A stretch of 64,000 bases of DNA from a bacterium (lineage in GTDB: Bacteria; Patescibacteriota; Dojkabacteria; JAKAPS01; JAJZLI01): the NCBI GenBank assembly GCA_021816845.1, contig JAKAWT010000001.1, forward strand, positions 198,087 through 262,086. The letters run 5' to 3'. The stretch's first letter is position 1, and the number at the start of each line of letters is the position of its first letter. Shown piece after piece: positions 50,921 to 59,600 of the stretch. Under the pieces are notes generated by a model. That model was not told the origin of the DNA and made no database searches. It saw only the letters and a program-made list of their open reading frames with translations. Made by a program: the position numbers and the translations under genes.

Positions 50921-51945
50921 ACGAAGAATTATCAAAATTAAAGAATAAAGTAGATATAACAGAAATGCCAGTTGACCTAAAGGAGAAAGTCGATGGTATG
51001 ATTGAAAGGCTTGAAAGAATGGCCCAACATGGAAATTACTCCTCAGAATATGAAATTGTTTCAAAATATATAAATGTAATAACAGAATACCCTTGGAATA
51101 AACAAACAACAGACAATCTTGATATTAAAAATGCAAAAGAAGTTCTGGATAAAGAACATTATGGAATTGATGATGTAAAAGAGAGAATTCTGGAATATAT
51201 TGCTGCCATGAATATGAACAATACTCAACAAGCACCAATTTTATGTTTTGTTGGATTACAGGGTATAGGTAAAACAACTATGGGGAAATCTATAGCTGAT
51301 GCCTTAGGAAGAAAATTTATACGAATATCTCTTGGAGGTATGGGATCATCTTTAGAGATAAGAGGACAATCTAAAGCTACACCTGACGCTGAGGAAGGAT
51401 ATATAATAAAAGCATTAATAAGATTACAAACCAATAATCCCGTCATACTCCTTGATGAAATTGATAAAATATCAGATGAGAAAAGTGTACGCTCATCAAT
51501 AATGGCAACATTATTAGAGCTTTTAGATCCAGAACAAAATTCTACATTTTTTGATCATTACATGGATTATCCCGTTAATCTGTCAAAAGTTATGTTTATT
51601 TTAACTGCAAACAATCTAGGAAGTATTTCTTCTGCATTGCTTGATAGATTAGAAATTATCCGTTTTCCATCCTACACTGATGAAGAAAAGTTAATTATTG
51701 CAAAAGAATATATTATGCCTAAAGTATACAAAACGATAGGTGTAACAAAAGATCAACTTGAAATAGAAGATGAGGTATGGGCTAATATAATAAGACCACT
51801 AGGATATGAAGCTGGTATAAGAGAACTCGAGAGAACTCTTATGGGTATAGCAAGGAAAGCTGCAAAACAAATACTTATGGATAACAAAACCAAAGTTACG
51901 ATTACAAATGATAACGTAAAAACATATTTACCATTAGGGTATTAG
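50917..51945 (+). CDS. Stand-alone Lon-type AAA+ ATPase module (no N-terminal LAN domain, no S16 protease domain)
   Basis: Walker A 'LCFVGLQGIGKTTMGKSIADALGRKFIRISLGGMGSSLEIRG', Walker B 'VILLDEIDKIS' and 'VMFILTANNLGSISSALLDRLEIIRFPSYTDEEKLIIAKEYIMPK' are collinear with the LonA AAA+ domain. The ORF ends with TAG right where the protease domain would begin. Start overlaps the VIT1 stop (ATGA). Confidence 0.75.
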   Translation: MNEELSKLKNKVDITEMPVDLKEKVDGMIERLERMAQHGNYSSEYEIVSKYINVITEYPWNKQTTDNLDIKNAKEVLDKEHYGIDDVKERILEYIAAMNMNNTQQAPILCFVGLQGIGKTTMGKSIADALGRKFIRISLGGMGSSLEIRGQSKATPDAEEGYIIKALIRLQTNNPVILLDEIDKISDEKSVRSSIMATLLELLDPEQNSTFFDHYMDYPVNLSKVMFILTANNLGSISSALLDRLEIIRFPSYTDEEKLIIAKEYIMPKVYKTIGVTKDQLEIEDEVWANIIRPLGYEAGIRELERTLMGIARKAAKQILMDNKTKVTITNDNVKTYLPLGY

Positions 51946-51962
51946 TATCTAGATACTAGAGT

Positions 51963-52517
51963 ATGGACCTTATAAGACAAGAAATACTTAATTGTACAAA
52001 ATGTGAACTTTGCAAGGGAAGAATACATGCAGTTCCAGGGGAGGGAGCAATAAATGCTCGAATTATGTTTGTTGGAGAAGCTCCAGGTCAAAACGAGGAC
52101 CAACAAGGGATTCCTTTTTGTGGAGCATCTGGAAAATTACTTGATTTGATGCTTGAGAGTATATCACTAAAAAGAGAAGATGTTTTTATAACAAATATAG
52201 TAAAATGTAGACCCAAAGGTAACAGAGATCCAGAGAAGATTGAAATAGATACGTGCTCAAAATATTTAAAAAGGCAGATACTCCTTGTAAACCCCAAGGT
52301 CATATGCACATTAGGAAGATTTTCAATGAATTTGTTCTTCCCGGACTTTAGTATATCAAAAGTTCATGGGCAAATTTTTAAACTTTCAAAATTCAAGATT
52401 ATTCCACTCTATCATCCTGCAGTAGGATTATATAAAGATAGCATGAAAGAAACACTATTTTCTGATTTTAAAATATTAAAACAATTTACCACAATCAAGC
52501 CTAAAGAATTCTCCTAA
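51963..52517 (+). CDS. Uracil-DNA glycosylase, family 4 (Fe-S type)
   Basis: 'CTKCELC', 'IMFVGEAPGQNEDQQGIPFCGASGKLLDLML', 'FITNIVKCRPKGNRDP' and 'HPA' match family-4 UDG. Confidence 0.8.
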   Translation: MDLIRQEILNCTKCELCKGRIHAVPGEGAINARIMFVGEAPGQNEDQQGIPFCGASGKLLDLMLESISLKREDVFITNIVKCRPKGNRDPEKIEIDTCSKYLKRQILLVNPKVICTLGRFSMNLFFPDFSISKVHGQIFKLSKFKIIPLYHPAVGLYKDSMKETLFSDFKILKQFTTIKPKEFS

Positions 52518-53394
52518 GGATAATTACAATCAATATCAAAAGAGAAAATGATATTACAAAAGTAGGGAGTGTGTTAGTTTGAGACTTAGCCTTTTTTGAA
52601 ATAGTCGTAGGAATAACTTTACCATTGCAGTAATTAAAACTACAATAATTCAAGGTGGAATTTTGAACTACATGTACAGTATGAATACTTGGAGTTTTAG
52701 TAACTGGGGGAGGAGAAATATTTGTAGGTTGTTGATTATTAGGATTTACAGATGTTGTATTTGTAATATTTATGGTTATAGGATTTGAATAATTTGATAT
52801 AACTCCACCACTGGTTATATCTAGAGCCGTAACTTCGTATTGACCTAGAGGAATATTTGATGCATTTTCAACATATTCAAAACTACCTACAGAATTTACT
52901 AAAGTTGAATATTCATAATTAGAATTTAGGAAGATTTCTATTTTACTTAGAGGATATGCCATACCATATAAAGAAAGGTTATTGTTTGTGCTTTGAGCAG
53001 TCATGGTTGGAGATAGGTTTATGTTATATACATTGTTTATTCTATCTGACATTACATTATCAGAAATTGAGACAATATTTGAATTTAACCCATTTATATC
53101 CTGAGAATAGATTTGATAATTAGAGATTCCAGAGCTTATCCCAACAAGTGTAACATTAAAATCACCAGAACTTTGGGAAATCCCAGTCCCTACTACTGAA
53201 TTATTTTCTTCAATATATACTAAAGCTCCAGGTGAGGTATATCCTTGAAATACCAAAGTAGTGGGAGATATAGTAACAGATACAGAGATGTTGAAAGTCT
53301 CTGACGCTGCAAAAACAGGACTAATAACCTTTAAGGAGTATACAATGATACTTAATATAGTTAATACTAGAGCAATTCTATATATTTTACACAT
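52501..53394 (-). CDS. Secreted Ser/Thr/Asn-rich surface protein with C-terminal LPxTG-like tripartite anchor (LPTF, hydrophobic stretch, RR)
   Basis: Signal peptide 'MCKIYRIALVLTILSIIVYSLKVISPVFA'. The C-terminus 'KSQTNTLPTFVISFSLLILIVIILRRIL' has the motif + TM + basic tail layout of sortase-type sorting signals. Confidence 0.45.
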   Translation of the reverse strand: MCKIYRIALVLTILSIIVYSLKVISPVFAASETFNISVSVTISPTTLVFQGYTSPGALVYIEENNSVVGTGISQSSGDFNVTLVGISSGISNYQIYSQDINGLNSNIVSISDNVMSDRINNVYNINLSPTMTAQSTNNNLSLYGMAYPLSKIEIFLNSNYEYSTLVNSVGSFEYVENASNIPLGQYEVTALDITSGGVISNYSNPITINITNTTSVNPNNQQPTNISPPPVTKTPSIHTVHVVQNSTLNYCSFNYCNGKVIPTTISKKAKSQTNTLPTFVISFSLLILIVIILRRIL

Positions 53395-53395
53395 T

Positions 53396-54487
53396 TTAAC
53401 TCCTGAGACCAGTACCGGAACCTATTCTGAAACCTGTACCGCTGGTATGAGTACCACTGGTACGAGTACCTTTGGTGCCTGTACTTCTAGTACCTGTGTC
53501 ATTAGAGAATAATGCCTTTAGTGCTCTTAATATATTCCTCCTAAATAATATTAAAAGAATTATTATTGCTATAATGAGGAGTATTTCATATATCGGTATT
53601 ACCCAAAAACTTGTTTTACCTACTAAAGTCCCACTTTTACCTTCACTGTTATAATTAACAAATAGGGACGCAGTATATAATCCAATATAGCCTTTTGTAT
53701 TTATTTGCTCCTGGGATAAACGCACTGCACTAGGGATAACATCCAAACTTTGGATAGATATAGTTTTTACAGTATTACCAAACATATTTGAGATTACAAT
53801 CTTTCCGGTAGGCCTTAATGTTACATTTCCAGTATTTTGAATTTTCTGAATAAAATTGACTATTCCTCCTTGAGTAAACACAGGATTAGTGTAAAAATTA
53901 GTCAATGTTGCATCAACCGTGACGTTTCCTGATATAGTAAGTAATATTAAGGATCCTATCTCTGTGCCAACCCCACTCCCAGATCTTGAGTTTTGACTTG
54001 CTGAGACGGATGCTACTACAGATGCAAACCTACTCCCTGGCTGAGCATCTAAAGGTACATTTATAGTGAATCTTACATATTGATATGAATCAGGAGCAAT
54101 ACTAAGATTTGATGGACTTACAGTAATCCAAGATGCCAGAGAATACTGGTTCGATAATGCAGGAGATTGTAATTGCACCTGTCCTCTATCCCCAACAGGA
54201 GTATAGTTATCTACTAAAATAGCAGTATTTAGAGGATAAGGAGAAGTATTGTATACCTTAATAACATTTGATATCGTACTTCCAGGATTTGCTGTTAAGT
54301 TAGAAAATACAGGGGGGGATATTATGATGCCTAGAGTTTGCTTTGCAGAAGTCTGCCCTGAAGTTTGAGCATGTGAACTTTCAGGTACAACTACATAAAA
54401 AAATAAAGTTGAAAACAAAATAACGGCAAATAACGACCTAAATACAAGTTTTTCCAAACGAAGTTTCCTGAAACAAAGTTTCTTCAT
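53396..54487 (-). CDS. Cell-surface protein: signal peptide, beta-sandwich (DUF916/CARDB-like) ectodomain, C-terminal TM anchor, Gly/Thr-rich cytoplasmic tail
   Basis: N-terminal signal. 'VSPSNLSIAPDSYQYVRFTINVPLDAQPGS'-type strand patterns. C-terminal 'SFWVIPIYEILLIIAIIILLILFRRN', then a 'TGTRSTGTKGTRTSGT' tail. Confidence 0.45.
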   Translation of the reverse strand: MKKLCFRKLRLEKLVFRSLFAVILFSTLFFYVVVPESSHAQTSGQTSAKQTLGIIISPPVFSNLTANPGSTISNVIKVYNTSPYPLNTAILVDNYTPVGDRGQVQLQSPALSNQYSLASWITVSPSNLSIAPDSYQYVRFTINVPLDAQPGSRFASVVASVSASQNSRSGSGVGTEIGSLILLTISGNVTVDATLTNFYTNPVFTQGGIVNFIQKIQNTGNVTLRPTGKIVISNMFGNTVKTISIQSLDVIPSAVRLSQEQINTKGYIGLYTASLFVNYNSEGKSGTLVGKTSFWVIPIYEILLIIAIIILLILFRRNILRALKALFSNDTGTRSTGTKGTRTSGTHTSGTGFRIGSGTGLRS

Positions 54488-54558
54488 CTAATAAATATAC
54501 TATAACTACTTTGATAGTATCAGAATTATACTACTAATACAATAATCCAAACCTTTAA

Positions 54559-55620
54559 TTAGTAAGTTGGTGTAACTACATAATCAAGATTATTTGTATA
54601 TGTACCAGCTGGTTGAGCTGCAGTAACTCCAAGCTGAAAATTCACATATTCACTATCACCTGATGATGATGTTGCAGATGACTTAGTAGCTAGGGTAACT
54701 GGTGTAGCAGGATTCACTGGTATTGGTTCATATATAGCATTTGAGGTGAATAATGCAGAGTTATAATCTCCTGATGTAACATTAACTCCAAAACCAGTAG
54801 TTGTATTTGTAGTCCAAGTTCCAGCAGTAACATTAGGTATTGTACTTGAACTTGAATCAGTCAATAATTGGTTCTCTTGCAAAGTTACTGTATAACCGTA
54901 AGCTGCATTAGTTGTTGTTGATATTTGTTGAGCTGCAACATTAGTAGTTGCAACATTAAAATGTCCAAAAGGTAATGTGGTCGATGTTGTGGTTACAGTA
55001 GTTGCATTTTCTGCTCCAGTTGTAGAAGTCGCAGTACCTGAAGCTATTCCAGTTACAGTAAATGATAATGAAGGATCCATTGTACCTGTAACGACAACTT
55101 GTGTCACAGTAGTTGTTGCCATAACACCATAATCAGTAACAGAAGGTGTGGAACTGTTTGAAGTCACTTGGACATAAAACGTTCCAGCACTAGGGTTAGT
55201 AACAGAAGCAACAGTAACACTAACAGTTGCTGATGGTGCCGTTGCAGCAGATAATGTAACAGTTAAAACTCCGGTGGATGAGTTATATGCTCCAGTTGCA
55301 GTTGCACTACCAAACCCAGATAACGTTATAGTTGGGGTAGCTGACATTGAAAGACCCGATGGTACAGTTGTACCAGTTGCAGTTGTTGCATATTGGATAT
55401 CTATAGTAGCGACTGCAGTTGTCGTATTACTTGGATTCCATTGAATAGTTTCATTAGCTACAGTTCCAGGATTTGAGTTAGAAAGAGTAATAGATGCATG
55501 AGACACTGTGACTGTTCCAGAAGCAGCAACACTCTGAAGGAACAAAACACTACTCATTGATAATATTATAAAAAATGATACTAAACTAGCTAGAGGTCTT
55601 CTTATATCTTTTAATCTCAT
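54559..55620 (-). CDS. Secreted Thr-rich protein with WxL-like C-terminal motif (Tyr in place of Trp)
   Basis: Signal peptide 'LASLVSFFIILSMSSVLFLQSVAA'. About 45% Thr/Ser/Ala. C-terminus 'QPAGTYTNNLDYVVTPTY' resembles the WxL-domain terminal consensus 'GxYxgxLtWtLxxxP'. Confidence 0.45.
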   Translation of the reverse strand: MRLKDIRRPLASLVSFFIILSMSSVLFLQSVAASGTVTVSHASITLSNSNPGTVANETIQWNPSNTTTAVATIDIQYATTATGTTVPSGLSMSATPTITLSGFGSATATGAYNSSTGVLTVTLSAATAPSATVSVTVASVTNPSAGTFYVQVTSNSSTPSVTDYGVMATTTVTQVVVTGTMDPSLSFTVTGIASGTATSTTGAENATTVTTTSTTLPFGHFNVATTNVAAQQISTTTNAAYGYTVTLQENQLLTDSSSSTIPNVTAGTWTTNTTTGFGVNVTSGDYNSALFTSNAIYEPIPVNPATPVTLATKSSATSSSGDSEYVNFQLGVTAAQPAGTYTNNLDYVVTPTY

Positions 55621-56575
55621 GATTTACTTTTTCTAAAATTAAATTAAAACCAACACTTAGTAAGTGTTTATTTTTTACTAATACCAGAATACAGAAACCT
55701 ATTAAAAATGTCAATAATATTATAAGGTATATTGGAATTATATAGATATTCTTTATAATTTTACTACGTTGGTTATATCCATATAAAAGTGTAGATGAGA
55801 TTGTATAACTACCTATATTAAAATTATATGCAATATTTTTATCTAAAATTCTTTTTTCATTTTGCAGAATCAAATGTACTGGGAGATTAAAATTCTTACT
55901 CTTACCACTAGATTTAACAGATAAATATCCATGTTCATTAATATATGTATTACCTAAATTCTGGATTACAGTTTCTGTATTAATTGTAGGAATATTAAAC
56001 AACGGAAAATAGAAATTGGAAAAGTGAAGAGTGTTAGTTTTTATGGATATATTATTTATTCTTGAATTATAGTTTATATTCCCCCCAATTGTGATAAAGA
56101 ATAATGATCCCAGTCTTGATATAACCCCTACATTAGAATTTAATTTTTCTGTATTTAACGATTGAAAGAAAACTGTAACATAGTGTCCACCAGGTGTGGC
56201 ATCTTTGGGAACTTTTATTTCTATAGGTACATCTATAGTACCTTTTGGAGGAACAGCATAATTTAGATTTGGAAAAGAAAACCAAGATGCAGAAGCTAAT
56301 CTTGATTTATCGACAAAAAAACTAATATTACCATTTAGTCCTACAGTCCCAAAGTTTTGAGCATATACTTTAATGGCTATAGGAGCTCTTGTATTGTTAT
56401 AAAATGTCACATATTTGATAATTTGTGATCCTCTATCTAGAGTAATTATATTTAGAGAAGGATAAATAGTTTCATTCAAATTTGGATGTGTAAATGATGC
56501 ATAAGAATTTTTAGCTATCTTAATGTTGGTAACTAGAAAAATCACCAGTAGTGTAATTATTAAAATTTTTCTCAT
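55586..56575 (-). CDS. Cell-surface protein, paralog of 53396-54487 (signal peptide, beta-sandwich ectodomain, C-terminal TM anchor)
   Basis: 'IEIKVPKDATPGGHYVTVFFQS' and C-terminal 'NIYIIPIYLIILLTFLIGFCILVLVKNK' parallel the other anchored protein (shared IPIY-TM motif). Overlaps the upstream gene by 35 nt. Confidence 0.45.
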   Translation of the reverse strand: MRKILIITLLVIFLVTNIKIAKNSYASFTHPNLNETIYPSLNIITLDRGSQIIKYVTFYNNTRAPIAIKVYAQNFGTVGLNGNISFFVDKSRLASASWFSFPNLNYAVPPKGTIDVPIEIKVPKDATPGGHYVTVFFQSLNTEKLNSNVGVISRLGSLFFITIGGNINYNSRINNISIKTNTLHFSNFYFPLFNIPTINTETVIQNLGNTYINEHGYLSVKSSGKSKNFNLPVHLILQNEKRILDKNIAYNFNIGSYTISSTLLYGYNQRSKIIKNIYIIPIYLIILLTFLIGFCILVLVKNKHLLSVGFNLILEKVNHEIKRYKKTSS

Positions 56576-56601
56576 AACCTAATCACAGTTTGTATAATAA
56601 T

Positions 56602-59600
56602 TTAGAATGATGATACTACAGTATACACAATATTAGTTTGATATGTACCCGGAGATTGTATAGATTGTACTGCAACCTTATAGGTGATAGTGTAGTTAGT
56701 TGGGGTGGTAGTATAATTTGACCCTGTAATATTTGTTTGGTTCTCAGCTACAACATCTCCAGGCCCTGATTGTGAGAAAGGTGCATATAGTGTCCCGTTA
56801 GAAAAAAGGTTGACACCATTTATATCTGTAGCAGAACTGGTATACCCAAATCCATAATCTCCACTAGGCCATGAGGCTGGCGATGCATAAGACCCAGCAG
56901 AGAAATTAGGTATTGTATTTGAAGAATTTTGCAGTGACGTTAATATTGACGTTTCATAAGCAGAAATTGTATACCCGTTATAAGCATTTGTTAAAACTGA
57001 TAAAGTTGAGGTGTTAGTCGTAGTATAGGAATTAGTAGCATTCCAATCACCTAAATTAACAGCTGAAGAATTGAGAGAGAAAGACAGTGTAGGAACAACA
57101 TATTGGCCTGATGATGTAACTGTAGTAGTTAAACCAGCATTATTGATGGCCTGCACACTAACATAATATGTTTGACCGGTATGTAGAGGAAGAGATGATA
57201 AAGAAACTGTGTTATATGGACTAGGGTTATTTAGGACAACTGAAGATGAAGAATACGCATATATATTTGTACCTCCAGGAGTAGTTCCAACTGCGACTTG
57301 ATAAGGCGTAGAGGCAAGTCCTGAACAGGTATCAGAAAAACCTGTCCAATTTGCACCCAGTGATGATATTGAGGCAGTAGTATTAGTTTCTGTCCCAGTT
57401 ACTGACCCATCATATACTGTTCCTGCTGTGGGTGCACTATCAGATACGGAAAAATTAGGATTCACAGAATTGAAAACTACAGGTGAAGATAAACCACTTG
57501 AGTTCTTCACAAATGCCTGCCAATGATATCCAGTACAATTAGTTAACCCTGTGACATCTACAATCCCTGTTACAGCAGTACCAGAATAATTTACAGCAGT
57601 ACCAGAATAGTTTGGTGTACCAGTAAATGCCGTACCATTTTGTTGAAGCTCGATTTCTGGGGTAAGAGTATCAGTACTATTTGGTGATGACATAGAGAAT
57701 TGAAACACAACATTCGTGGTTATACCACTCGTAGTCCAAGTATCATTAGTAATTTGTGTAGTTCCATTTGATTGAAGTTGTTCCAAAGATGTAGGAGCAT
57801 TTGGTGCACCAGCTGTAGGTGGTGGTGTAAAATTATATTCAAAATTTACATTCTCCAAAGATGTATTTCCCACGTTATCATATATAACGACATTTAAATA
57901 GTACATACCAGATGTTGTAAGTGATGGGGAAAGATAACCTTCAGTTGTTTGAGTACTTACAGGGTAATCAGTAGCAGTCTGCCCGAAATATACACCATAA
58001 TTTGTAATCCCAGAACCTTGATCATATCCACCTAAAAATTCAAAATAGGGAGTGGTGTAAGTATATGGGGTAGGATTCCCATATGCAAGTTGAGTTAACC
58101 CTGAAGTATCTTCAACATTAATATTATCCATATTCATATTGATGCTGTCAGAAGTGGCATCAGTTACAGCACCAAGAGTGAGAGTAGTCATATTAGACAC
58201 ACCAGTATTCTGACTTGTCAAAGACACTTGTTGTGAACCATTCAAATATGTATAAATACTCCCAGTAGTACCACTAATTGATAGATCAAATACAATAACA
58301 TTCCAAGTATTTAAAGGTAAAATAGTCGTACCTTGAGAAGAAGTAGCTCCAACAGAGTTAGTAGCCTGTAGTACTGGTCCAGAGCTTGTATCTAGCAGGT
58401 TTAAAGTTGCAATTGTACCTGATGCTCCAGATATACTCATAAGTGTAATGCTATCACCAGTTGCTGCAAATGCCACAGCAGAAACATTTATATACATCCT
58501 CACTTGAGCAGAAGAAGTATTAAATGTATCATTAGCAATATAGCTTGTACCTGCTGCAGAGGTTGCCATGTTTACCGAGTATGTTCCTTGTAATACATGA
58601 CCTTGTATGTTGTTTTGGATAAGTGGGAGAGATGTTCCTCCATCTGAAGTCCAACCACCTGCAGGAGATGAAGTAGTCAAAATTGTCCCACTCTCAAATC
58701 CATTTGAGAATAAAGCTGTTGGTTGTCCAGACCAAGCAATGACATTTGTACCTCCAGATATAGGGGATGATGTGTCAATACCAAAGTCAGGATTGCCTCC
58801 CATTGCAACCCATGAGCTTACCCCATCTGCATTTTCAACTGTAGCCTGCCAGTGGTACTGAGTATTCGATGGAAGCCCAGAAATAGTGACACTTGCAACA
58901 ATACTTGTACCTGAATATGAATATGCTATACTTTTATACACTCCAACTCCTGATGTTACAAAATTAGTAGTTGAATTTGTGAAGGCAGTACCATTAGGCT
59001 GTACTTCTACCAACAAATATAAAGTGTCTGGATTATTTGGACTTGATATTGTAGCACCCAAATTTATACTATTATGGTTAAGCCACGACCCAGATGTAAT
59101 TGATGAAGAAGAGACACTTGATGTAGAGACAGCAACACCTGTTGGAGTTAAAATTGTACCATTTGCAGTTATCGAAACTTCAGTTGAAGGAAGAGTTTCC
59201 CCAGAAGATGTTATACCAGTAACTTCATAATAGTAGGTAGTCCCATATGGTATATTTCCACCAACTGATGATGTAGATGAGGATGCAATTGTGGGGGCAG
59301 TTCCTCCACTTGAAGGTGGAGAACCTGAAGAGGGAGTATTAAACCCTGAATCTATAAATGTAGTTGTAACAGAGTTATTTATTAGGAAATATGTAGTTTC
59401 TCCTCCTGAAGAACTCCCTTTATATACTTTATATGAGGTTGCCCCACTCAAGGCATTCCACGTAATTGTGTTTTGATTAGTATTGGTATATGCAACATTT
59501 AAAGTTGATGGAACATTAAGATATCCCCACAATACATATTGATATGTGTTAGTACCATCATATCCTCCCACTGTGTATACATACCCATTGTATATTACAG

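Noticed and set aside
50917-52517. Possibility that the Lon-like ORF continues into a protease domain through a frameshift
   Set aside because: The downstream sequence encodes a clear family-4 uracil-DNA glycosylase from its own ATG (51963). No S16-like sequence (Ser-Lys dyad context) is visible in any frame, so a stand-alone AAA+ module is the simpler reading.
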